This document shows, in pieces, positions 17,372-25,574 of a DNA stretch of 64,000 nt; within the stretch, counting starts at the first letter, position 1, and each line of letters opens with the position of its first letter. This DNA comes from an uncultured virus (IMG/VR IMGVR_UViG_3300028832_000124) (Duplodnaviria > Heunggongvirae > Uroviricota > Caudoviricetes), in the IMG/VR virus record IMGVR_UViG_3300028832_000124. One strand, given 5' to 3'. The translations under genes were made by a program, and so were the position numbers. The notes under the pieces were generated by a model, which saw only the letters and a list, made by a program, of their open reading frames with translations, did not search any database and was not told the DNA's origin.

Positions 17372-17917
17372 ATGTTAGATAACGAAAAACTACAAAAACT
17401 GGCAAAGGAAATCTATGAGATTGCCGTTGCTCATGGCTGGCACGAAGATACCAAGCCTAACGAACTTTGGATGGCCCTTGTTATGTCTGAGGTTGCAGAA
17501 GCAGTCGAGGCAGATAGGAAACACATTTCTGTTAATGGAAACCTTGAAGGATTCCATAAACTGATTGAAGTAGGGCATGATTTTAAGACGGTATATAGAG
17601 ATTACCTCAAAGGTTCTGTTGCAGAGGAACTGGCTGATATTGTCATCCGATTGCTTGACTACATCAACATGCGCTGGGGTGATAAATATGAATGGTGGTA
17701 CAATCCACACAGCTTCCGTATTCCTGACGAGTTCCCTGTGGCTGCATGGAAACTTGTAAAGGTGCATCTTAACGAAGGTAGTATGAATGTCCGTGACAGC
17801 ATCCAGTACGTCATAGAGTGGGCTGATAAACTGAACATCGACCTCGAAGAGCATATCAAGTGGAAGATGCGTTATAACTCTCTCCGTTCATATAAACATG
17901 GTGGCAAAAAGTATTAA
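17372..17917 (+). CDS. MazG-like NTP pyrophosphohydrolase
   Basis: SEVAEAVEADR, EELADIVIRLLD, KMRYN..R..KHG. Confidence 0.8.
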   Translation: MLDNEKLQKLAKEIYEIAVAHGWHEDTKPNELWMALVMSEVAEAVEADRKHISVNGNLEGFHKLIEVGHDFKTVYRDYLKGSVAEELADIVIRLLDYINMRWGDKYEWWYNPHSFRIPDEFPVAAWKLVKVHLNEGSMNVRDSIQYVIEWADKLNIDLEEHIKWKMRYNSLRSYKHGGKKY

Positions 17918-17920
17918 GTC

Positions 17921-18337
17921 ATGGATATAAAAGAACTAATGGTTGGCGACATCGTGGAATACCTCGATGGCGACCAACCTATTCCCGTAGTGGTCGTAAA
18001 GATTGACGGCCCAAGTGATGTAGTATGCCTCAAGCAGAAGAATGGCCATAAGTTCAATACGACCATAGAGTATCTGAGACCAATTCCTATCACAAAGGAA
18101 TTTCTTGAAAAGAATGATTTTGAACTGAATGGAAATTCTTATCATTTCTTTGATGACGATAAACCGTTGGAGATTTTTGTATTCCTTAAAGAAAACAACT
18201 ATAATGGCTCATATACCTATGTTGATATTTCAAGAGGGTGTATAGACATTACTGAAATGCCGATGGAATATGTTCATGAACTCCAGAACGTGCTCATACT
18301 TTGTAAAATAGAACTAACAGAAATAACTCTCCCGTAG
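17921..18337 (+). CDS. Hypothetical protein
   Basis: ELMVGD...PIPIT.EFLEKN...YVHELQN pattern. Confidence 0.75.
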   Translation: MDIKELMVGDIVEYLDGDQPIPVVVVKIDGPSDVVCLKQKNGHKFNTTIEYLRPIPITKEFLEKNDFELNGNSYHFFDDDKPLEIFVFLKENNYNGSYTYVDISRGCIDITEMPMEYVHELQNVLILCKIELTEITLP

Positions 18338-18343
18338 TATAAC

Positions 18344-18820
18344 ATGAAAGAAAACCAATTCTCCGTAGAGCCAGGAATAGGCTCAATCCCAGCAAAAGGT
18401 ACCAAGTGTTGGTACGTTCGTTCTAACATGATAGCCCACAAGTTCATCGTACAGGAAGCCGAATGGATCGGTGGCGTGTCAGACTTGCTACGCATGGCCA
18501 AGGGTAACATGTTTTTCTCTTGGAAGGAAGCCAACGAGTTAGAGACTCAGCTTAATGAGCGTCTTGAAAAACTCAAGGCACTCACTCAGACCGACGAGTA
18601 CAAACAGAAACTCGCTGATGATGAAGCCAAGAAAAAGGCTGAGTCAGAAGAGCGCAAGCGTAAGCGCGAGGAAGCTATTGCCGCCAAGAAAGCTGCTAAA
18701 GAGGCTGCTATCATCGACCCAACGGCAAAGAAGAAGCCCAAAGGACTCACCACCCGAGAGGCCGCTATCAAGTACGAGGCTAAAAAGAAGAAATCTCCGC
18801 ATCCTGATATTATCGTTTAG
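18344..18820 (+). CDS. Hypothetical protein with K/E/A-rich C-terminus
   Basis: 158 aa; last gene of the early operon. Confidence 0.7.
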   Translation: MKENQFSVEPGIGSIPAKGTKCWYVRSNMIAHKFIVQEAEWIGGVSDLLRMAKGNMFFSWKEANELETQLNERLEKLKALTQTDEYKQKLADDEAKKKAESEERKRKREEAIAAKKAAKEAAIIDPTAKKKPKGLTTREAAIKYEAKKKKSPHPDIIV

Positions 18821-18831
18821 TCTCTCTATGG

Positions 18832-18865
18832 AAATGGGAGCTGTCCTCACGGATGGCTCCCATTT
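18832..18865. terminator. Hairpin between the convergent early and late operons
   Basis: AAATGGGAGCTGTCC-TCAC-GGATGGCTCCCATTT. Confidence 0.65.
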
Positions 18866-18986
18866 AAAACAAACTACTAATTCTTTTACTAACCAAAAAC
18901 TATTAACCTTATGAAAAAACTCACTGCTACCGCTGTAGCATACCTGTATTAATAATCAACTATTTTCCGTTTTGTATGTTGCCGTG

Positions 18987-19541
18987 TCACGGCAATAGGC
19001 TTATCGTAATACCAAGTCCTACGAACGGCTCCACCTGTTTTGATTGGAACCCATATCCGTAGCCACCGATAAGCCCAAGATTCCACCTTCTGAACTTTTT
19101 CGTCGCAACAGTCCGTGTCTCTACGATGGAATGAAGAATCTCCTTTTGTCTCACAAAGATGCTATCCAGTTGTGGCTCATATCCGCTGACCCATGCCGTA
19201 TAGGTACTGTCATCCGTGTACATCTTCTGAGTAACTTCTAAGCAGATTGAATCCTGCTTATTTTCCCCAATACTATCCAAATAAGCGGAATCGGCCTTTA
19301 TTGGCACCTTAATATATCGTATCACGGTCTCTTTTTTGGCCTCCGGCATGGAGTCCTTTTTCTCCGTGTACTTGATGACCGTCTTTTCAACGGTCTTCAC
19401 GGGCTGTTCCTGCAGGTCCCGATATTGCTTGTAGTTATACAGCAGCGAGACGATCAACAGGAGAATAATGCCAACCATGCAGATGAAGCATGCTTTCATG
19501 CTGCCACCGCTACGAGCCAACTTTCTTTCGTAGTAGTCCAT
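18987..19541 (-). CDS. Spanin-like lysis accessory protein
   Basis: N-terminal TM helix, C-terminal Gly/aromatic beta-hairpin; last gene of the lysis cassette. Confidence 0.5.
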   Translation of the reverse strand: MDYYERKLARSGGSMKACFICMVGIILLLIVSLLYNYKQYRDLQEQPVKTVEKTVIKYTEKKDSMPEAKKETVIRYIKVPIKADSAYLDSIGENKQDSICLEVTQKMYTDDSTYTAWVSGYEPQLDSIFVRQKEILHSIVETRTVATKKFRRWNLGLIGGYGYGFQSKQVEPFVGLGITISLLP

Positions 19542-19543
19542 AA

Positions 19544-19996
19544 CTATTCGATTTTAATGAATATCATTCCCTTCGCTGTTTTCAGCTTCTCGTACAGAGC
19601 ATGGAAGGTGGCCGTTGATTCCAGTACCTTACCCACCTCTTTGTTCTTACCAACGAGGATGCAGCCCTCGCTATCCTTGGCAGTATTGCCGATATGAATC
19701 AGCACACCGTCATAGGCAGGCACATTCAGCAGTCTGGGCAGATAGCCCTTGCAGAAGTCATACTGCTTCTTCAACGAGAAACGTGGTGACTTCACGCCAA
19801 GCGTAACCTGATAGCGTCCTGTAGGGATAGCTGTCTGTCCGTGAATCTTCTTTTTCTTATTCACGCTGGCAGGCAAGCTCTGGTCCAGTCCTCGGTCACA
19901 GTCCTCGATGGTGTCACAAAAGTAAACACCGTCGATAAAAAGCCTTCCAATCGTGTAGGTAGCGCGTCGCGCTATTCGCTTCAATAGTAAATCCAT
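19544..19996 (-). CDS. DUF5675-family putative endolysin
   Basis: YTIGRL...CDTIED, TAIP.G.Y, IH.GN...DSEGCILVG; next to holin. Confidence 0.8.
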   Translation of the reverse strand: MDLLLKRIARRATYTIGRLFIDGVYFCDTIEDCDRGLDQSLPASVNKKKKIHGQTAIPTGRYQVTLGVKSPRFSLKKQYDFCKGYLPRLLNVPAYDGVLIHIGNTAKDSEGCILVGKNKEVGKVLESTATFHALYEKLKTAKGMIFIKIE

Positions 19997-20009
19997 AACT
20001 CAATCCTTT

Positions 20010-20519
20010 TTAGTTATCGTCACCGTTGTACTCATGAGAAACAATGTCGTTACCCTCAAAGTCTTTCTTGTCTTGTGTAAGGGCATCCAGCACTTTCTCG
20101 ATACCGCCATACTCACGAATCAATGCAAGGATGGCTTTCCTGTATTCTTGCTGCTGTTTCCTTTCCTTTATGTCAGCAGGCTCCCAGATGCTTTTCACTT
20201 CCACGAACCCAACATATCCCAATGCCAACAGCGTGAACCAAGGCACCATGATAATATCCCGTCCGTAGAAATGGTACAGGAATACCAATAAGGCCAGCTG
20301 CACGATGTCTATCAGACTGAGGGCAAAGGTCATGTTGAAGTATTGGGCTATCTTCGCGATTGTTCGCTTATAGCCGTCAGACGTGCGGAACTCACCGCGC
20401 TTCTTTGCCTTTCTGATTCCTGCCTGTAAGTCGCAGAAGATAAGGCCAAGTATAATAACGTAGCAGAGCAGCATGAATGCACCGCAAAACATAAGTGTTG
20501 TCAATCGATCCATAATCAA
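20010..20519 (-). CDS. Putative holin
   Basis: Three TM segments, DL.AGIRKAK..GE.RTS.GY.RT, E.KSIWE. Confidence 0.75.
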   Translation of the reverse strand: MIMDRLTTLMFCGAFMLLCYVIILGLIFCDLQAGIRKAKKRGEFRTSDGYKRTIAKIAQYFNMTFALSLIDIVQLALLVFLYHFYGRDIIMVPWFTLLALGYVGFVEVKSIWEPADIKERKQQQEYRKAILALIREYGGIEKVLDALTQDKKDFEGNDIVSHEYNGDDN

Positions 20520-21037
20520 ATTATCAGTTTAGTCAATAACGCTGCAGCAAGGCAGAACCAGCTCACGAACTCGGCAAGGAACACTCCCTTCCTATGAATC
20601 CAGCAGGGTATCGAGTCGCCATTGTCAGAGAATATCATCAGTGCAGCTAAATGGGTCCACACCAGCATCCACCAAGGGCAGATGATACAGACACAGCACT
20701 GAGAGAATACACCTCCTGCAAGTCCTGATATGGTAAACCACAAATCCCTATTCTTTCTGACCATCGGCAACAGTCCGGCTATCACCATCGACGTAGCATA
20801 GACGTGGGCCAATCCTTCCCATTCATCTGGCATGATGTCAAAGAGGGCAGGGGTAAGCGTGAATGTGGCCACCCAAAGCCATAAGGTATATAGCAGCCGT
20901 CTGGCTTTGCTCTCATGTCCGTATGCCATATCTGATACAGTGGCAGGAAGCTCCCCGTCTCTCCGCGTCCATCCGATAACGAGAGTGAACACCGTCACCA
21001 TCGAAATCAATACAAGTATCAAATAGATCCGTTCCAT
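20516..21037 (-). CDS. Multi-pass membrane protein
   Basis: About five hydrophobic segments; resembles the next gene. Confidence 0.7.
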   Translation of the reverse strand: MERIYLILVLISMVTVFTLVIGWTRRDGELPATVSDMAYGHESKARRLLYTLWLWVATFTLTPALFDIMPDEWEGLAHVYATSMVIAGLLPMVRKNRDLWFTISGLAGGVFSQCCVCIICPWWMLVWTHLAALMIFSDNGDSIPCWIHRKGVFLAEFVSWFCLAAALLTKLII

Positions 21038-21101
21038 AAAGCGTTATTATTTCTTTCTATTATCTCGTCTCACTTCCCCTGCAATTGTTCGCAGGGCTTA
21101 C

Positions 21102-21575
21102 TCAGAGGATGCAGAACAGCACCACGTTTGCAAAGCAGATAACTTCTGCTATGAAACACCACCGCCACCTGCATTCCTTCCATGCCATCAGAACACCGAA
21201 CAGAATCCATGAGACAAGAATCTCAGGACTATTCAGGGCAATGGCCAACTGGCTCAGAATACATGCGGCAACACCTGCCACATTGTGCGTAGTCACCATG
21301 TCTTTGGCACACAACGGGAACACACCAAGCACACCCAAAGCGACAATCGTAAGGAATGCCAGGAACTTCGTATTCTCACTCGTATTCTCCACGAATGCAG
21401 GGCATACCAGCCAAGCACACACAAAGATGACCGCACTCCACACCCACCGATGTTTCAAGTCAAACACCGTCTGACTGATGCTTGGTGGAACTTCACCTCT
21501 AACGCCAGTGGCGTAGGCGAGGTAGGCAGCGAGAATCACCGCTGCCAAACCTGCCATGATATAAATACCTGCCAT
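21102..21575 (-). CDS. Multi-pass membrane protein
   Basis: About five hydrophobic segments. Confidence 0.7.
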   Translation of the reverse strand: MAGIYIMAGLAAVILAAYLAYATGVRGEVPPSISQTVFDLKHRWVWSAVIFVCAWLVCPAFVENTSENTKFLAFLTIVALGVLGVFPLCAKDMVTTHNVAGVAACILSQLAIALNSPEILVSWILFGVLMAWKECRWRWCFIAEVICFANVVLFCIL

Positions 21576-21588
21576 ACGCCATTAGAGA

Positions 21589-22119
21589 TTACTCGTTGAC
21601 TTCCTGTTCCTCAGCAGCAGCAAAGAAAGCCTCGTAAGGCTCGAAGTCGATAGCGTCCTTTTCCTGCCAGCCCTCGTTGAGCGTCTGGTTGATGTAGGCT
21701 ACACCTTCGAGATAGAACTGCTTGAGAGTGTTCACTGAGTTGAACGTGTGATAGACGGCCTTACCCTCTGCATCCTCACCGAGCTTGAACTTGATGGGCA
21801 GACTGGCACCTTCCGTCAGCTGGGCAGCGGTCAGAGCACCAAGGTAATTCTCCTGATTCTCCTTAGAAAGGTACACGGGCTTGCCGTTCCAAACAAAGCC
21901 TGTGAGAATCTTCTCGTCGGTCTTCGCGTTGATGTCGGCAATGATAGCCTTCTTCACATCGTCCAGGGTAATCTGAGAAATCTGCTTCTTGTAGATGTAA
22001 ATCTCTACCCAAGTGGCGTTTTCCTCGTCTACTTCCTCGTAGCCGTAGCAAATGATCACTCGACTTGCATCCTCCTTGATGGGAGCAAAGTCTGTCTTTT
22101 TTCCAAAAACCTTGTTCAT
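21589..22119 (-). CDS. DUF4376-like tail-fibre-associated protein
   Basis: IN..TDEKILTGFVWNGKPVYLSKENQ.NY, LPIKFKLG, EGWQEKD. Confidence 0.65.
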   Translation of the reverse strand: MNKVFGKKTDFAPIKEDASRVIICYGYEEVDEENATWVEIYIYKKQISQITLDDVKKAIIADINAKTDEKILTGFVWNGKPVYLSKENQENYLGALTAAQLTEGASLPIKFKLGEDAEGKAVYHTFNSVNTLKQFYLEGVAYINQTLNEGWQEKDAIDFEPYEAFFAAAEEQEVNE

Positions 22120-23320
22120 AATCACCAATTTTTAAATGTTTATAAAATAAAAGTCTGTCTGTTATTTTGGTCATATCCTTGTCGAAGATGCCGATGCGTA
22201 GAATCGGTTTCGTCATCAGCAGTTTCCTGCTCAGATTGTACGATTTCGTGTGTCGGAATATTCCTAAGTAGGAGTTTACCGAACGTAGCACTCTCCAAGG
22301 CTTCGAGTAGTCGAACTCTGCTATCTTTGTCCTGATACGGCCTAAAGCATGATTCGATATGTACGTTCGCCAAGGTTTGATGTAGGCTCCTAAGAACTCC
22401 ACGCCATGATGTACCTCGCTCAGTTCCAGCTTGCCCATGTGTAAGTCCAGACCCAGCTCCGCTTTCAAGAAATCCCTTATTCTCGGCACCAAGCTCAGCA
22501 GTCTCTCCCTGTCTGCACAGACGACGGCTGCATCGTCCACATACCTGCCATAGAATCTGCATTTCAGTTCTCGCTTCATAAACTGGTCGAACACATTCAG
22601 ATAGACATTCGAGAAGAGCTGACTCGTAAGATTGCCGATGGGCAGGCCAAGGCCATCTTCCAAGTGAAGCATCGACTTGGCAGGGTCCAGACCATCCCAA
22701 TCGGAAAGCTTGCCACAGATGATACAGTTCTCTTTCGGATTCAGCATGACGATGATTTCCGTCAGCCATATCACGAAATCCATATCCAGCACGTCGCTCC
22801 ACGTCTGCTTGTTGCCCTTGCATAACCGATGACTGGCCATCTTTCTCAAACTGGCGATAGCTACCTCTAATAGCTTCTTTCGCCTGATGTGCATGAAGTA
22901 GCCGCGAATATCCAAGTGCATCACATAACATTTCCGCTGCCAGTTGTGACTCTCCTTCCTGCAGAAGTCCGTTATACGACCAATGCCATAGTGAGTGCCA
23001 CGCTTCTTGATGCAGCTGTACGTGTCCTGTATAAACGTCCTCTCGAACAGGCCATGCGTGTAGTTGAAATAAAGATGATGTACGATACGGTCCCTGAATA
23101 TTGCAGCGAATATCTCCCTCTTCTTGGGATAGTCCACAATGAAGCATTTCGACTGGTCGGGCTTGTATCTCCGATAGTACAAATCGTCGCACAGCTCTTC
23201 CATGTTCTGCTTGAGATTCCTTTCCCATTTCCTCACATAGCCCCGAGCCGATTTGTGTTTCTTCGCACTGTAGAATGCCTGATAGAGGTCGAGAAGTAAC
23301 TGCTGCCTTGTCAGTACCAT
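21863..23320 (-). CDS. DGR reverse transcriptase
   Basis: KKREIFAA.FRDRIVHH, LDIRGYF, GLPIGNLTSQLFSNVYL (DGR-type SQ motif), YGRYVDD; adjacent to TR. Confidence 0.96.
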   Translation of the reverse strand: MVLTRQQLLLDLYQAFYSAKKHKSARGYVRKWERNLKQNMEELCDDLYYRRYKPDQSKCFIVDYPKKREIFAAIFRDRIVHHLYFNYTHGLFERTFIQDTYSCIKKRGTHYGIGRITDFCRKESHNWQRKCYVMHLDIRGYFMHIRRKKLLEVAIASLRKMASHRLCKGNKQTWSDVLDMDFVIWLTEIIVMLNPKENCIICGKLSDWDGLDPAKSMLHLEDGLGLPIGNLTSQLFSNVYLNVFDQFMKRELKCRFYGRYVDDAAVVCADRERLLSLVPRIRDFLKAELGLDLHMGKLELSEVHHGVEFLGAYIKPWRTYISNHALGRIRTKIAEFDYSKPWRVLRSVNSYLGIFRHTKSYNLSRKLLMTKPILRIGIFDKDMTKITDRLLFYKHLKIGDYEQGFWKKDRLCSHQGGCKSSDHLLRLRGSRRGKRHLGRDLHLQEADFSDYPGRCEEGYHCRHQREDRREDSHRLCLERQARVPF

Positions 23321-23387
23321 AGTCCGTTCCGTATGTTGCCGTGCTATAGCAACAGAAAATAGTCAAAAGGATAGTCAGAAGTGTATG

Positions 23388-23574
23388 CTGAACCGGGCGC
23401 ACGGGGAACCCGTTGTACCGATTGTTGTTGTTCTGCGGATTGACACCACCAGAGTTGAAGTTCAAGTTGTAGGCATTCCGAGCCGAGTTGAACGATGAAG
23501 ACCAGTAGTTGCCGTTCGAACCGCGATTGTTCCAACTCGTACCATTGCCGTTGCCTGAGCAAGCAAAGAAGAGC
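23388..23574 (-). ncRNA. DGR template repeat (TR)
   Basis: 187 bp with 17 AAY codons in the target frame; differs from both VRs only at adenines. Confidence 0.97.
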
Positions 23575-23740
23575 TTTCGGCCACAACCTTGCACGATGAC
23601 ACTAAGGGGTTGCACTAAACAAGACCGAAGTGTATCTTCCGTTTTTCCCATCACCGCAAGCAGTGGTAGGACGTGTGGCCTGTGAATATCGTTCTGAACC
23701 ATCCTTGAAAAGTTAATAATTCCGTTACCTAACACTATTA

Positions 23741-24301
23741 TTAGAACATAGCAGAAACCTGTCTGCGCAAGTCACGCAATTCATCCCAAGCGTCTCTGGG
23801 CGACATGTCCTCGATAGGAAGCGAGACAATACGGGAAATGATGTCCGAGAAACGCATAATTCTTGGTGCCTGGGCAGACATTTCACGGTCCTCGCGCTTC
23901 TGCTTCTTGCTCTCTACCAATGGCAGGGCGTTTTTCCAATCCTCCTTCATCTTATTGAGGTTGTCAAACGTCACTTCACCAATCTCAGCAGGCAGCTCTA
24001 TCCTTACATCAATCTGTGTGTCGCTGATGGGGTTGAACTCCACACTGCCGTCGTTGGGAACATACTTGCCGATAGACGATGCAGGAAAGCCAAGGAAAGC
24101 GTCAATGTAGCCGTCTTTCAGTTTCTTCGCCAACACCTTCAAAGGCTTCTCCAGAGCCTCGCCAAAAGGAAATGTGGTCATCAGCCATGCGCTCCAATCA
24201 TGGGCGCGATACCAGTCACCTTCCTTAATCAGATGGATGACATTCCACTGAGTAGCTTCCTCTCGCTTGGTTTCAATTCCTATAATTTCTGCTATTGTCA
24301 T
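23741..24301 (-). CDS. DGR accessory protein, MutS-like (MSL) type
   Basis: IHLIKEGDWYRAHDWSA resembles MutS domain I; C-terminal LPIEDMSPRDAWDEL resembles the MutS tail; occupies the accessory-gene slot between VR1 and TR. Confidence 0.7.
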   Translation of the reverse strand: MTIAEIIGIETKREEATQWNVIHLIKEGDWYRAHDWSAWLMTTFPFGEALEKPLKVLAKKLKDGYIDAFLGFPASSIGKYVPNDGSVEFNPISDTQIDVRIELPAEIGEVTFDNLNKMKEDWKNALPLVESKKQKREDREMSAQAPRIMRFSDIISRIVSLPIEDMSPRDAWDELRDLRRQVSAMF

Positions 24302-24343
24302 CTTTGTTATTTTTCTTTTTAGTTACCTTATTCCTCTCCAATG

Positions 24344-24393
24344 CGGAGTAGGCCTTGTGCGGCTCTTGTGGAGCCGCTTGTGGGCCCACTCCG
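24344..24393 (-). promoter_or_regulatory. Post-VR1 hairpin (DGR target-recognition candidate)
   Basis: Minus strand CGGAGTGGGCC-CACAA-GCGGCTC-CACAA-GAGCCGC-ACAA-GGCCTACTCCG. Confidence 0.8.
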
Positions 24394-24438
24394 AATGAAA
24401 AGGTTTTGTTTGGTTTTGTCCTCTTTTGGAGAACGATA

Positions 24439-25542
24439 TTACTGAACCGGGCGCACGGGGAACCCGCTGCACCGATCGTCGACGTGCTGCGGATTGACAC
24501 CACCAGAGCTGAAGTACAAGTAGTAGGCATACCGAGCCGAGAGGAACGACGAAGACCAGTAGTAGCCGTACGAACCGCGACCGTTCCAACTCGTACCACC
24601 GCCGTTGCCTGAGCAAGCAAAGAAGAGCAAGTTACCGTTAATCTTCGACTTCAAGTAGATACCTACAACACCGTTGACGGTGACGCGCTTATCAGTCGTA
24701 CCAGCGTCTATGACGGTAGTACCGTCGGCCTGTACGAAGTCACAGTTGTCGAACAACTCCTTGAACTCAGCAGATGTAGGCATGCGCCAAGGACCGCCAA
24801 GGTTAGCACGGGCAGCATCCTGAGAGGGTGCCATGCTGGCAGTGAGCTTGTTGCCAGGAGTGTCACCATAAACCTGTCCGTCGTAGTAGGGAGCCTCAGA
24901 GTTGACACCGCCCCAGTTGTAATCGAATGCACTTGTGCTGATGGGATTGTGGCCATCGGTGTTACCCCAAGAGAAGAAAGTCTTCTCATACTGGAACGGA
25001 CTTGCTGCGAACTTGTCAGCCTGTGTGAGGTCGATGTCGCAGTCAGCCCACTTCAAACCGCTGGGCAGACCCATGTCAACGACGTGGGCAGTAGGTGTCT
25101 GAGTCTGTTCAAGACCCATGTAGCCTACCATATTCCAATAAGTGCCGTCGTACTGGAACTGCACGATGGTACGTGCCTTGATGACTCCGGGCTGGATAGC
25201 AGCACCGTACACGCGGATAGCCTTAGCACCCGTGTTGTTCACGTTCAAAGTAGCACCTGCAATCTCGTTGGCTGTGGTGAAGAACACACTCACCTTACCA
25301 TTCTTCTTGAGAACGAAGTTGGTAATAGCAACAGCCTTCTCAAGTGTGGTGGCAGGGGTAGAGCAAGTACCATAGCCACTACCTGCAGTAGCCATGTCCT
25401 GTATCAACTGCTGGGCAGGGTACTGCTTGTTGGGCGTACCGTCAGGATTGCAAATCATCACAACCTGATCAGCAGATGGAGCACCATTGGTAAGCCCCGA
25501 AACAACCGCCTTGATGGAGTTGATTGTTGAAATTCCTTCCAT
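24439..25542 (-). CDS. DGR target 1: tail-fibre/receptor-binding-like protein
   Basis: ATLNVNNTGAKAI...QYDGTYW fibre-type domain, VDMGLPSGLKWA domain, C-terminal VR. Confidence 0.9.
   Translation of the reverse strand: MEGISTINSIKAVVSGLTNGAPSADQVVMICNPDGTPNKQYPAQQLIQDMATAGSGYGTCSTPATTLEKAVAITNFVLKKNGKVSVFFTTANEIAGATLNVNNTGAKAIRVYGAAIQPGVIKARTIVQFQYDGTYWNMVGYMGLEQTQTPTAHVVDMGLPSGLKWADCDIDLTQADKFAASPFQYEKTFFSWGNTDGHNPISTSAFDYNWGGVNSEAPYYDGQVYGDTPGNKLTASMAPSQDAARANLGGPWRMPTSAEFKELFDNCDFVQADGTTVIDAGTTDKRVTVNGVVGIYLKSKINGNLLFFACSGNGGGTSWNGRGSYGYYWSSSFLSARYAYYLYFSSGGVNPQHVDDRCSGFPVRPVQ
24442..24628 (-). repeat. DGR variable repeat VR1
   Basis: 187 bp ungapped match to TR; 20 mismatches, all at TR adenines. 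Confidence 0.97.
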
Positions 25543-25574
25543 GTTTTCTGTTTTTTAAAAGTTATAAACGTATA

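Noticed and set aside
18911..18952. Micro-ORF MKKLTATAVAYLY after the early terminator
   Set aside because: 13 codons with no supporting evidence; lies in the convergent 3' UTR region
23378..23635. GAAGTGTAT direct repeat flanking the TR
   Set aside because: Only 9 bp and two copies; could be chance
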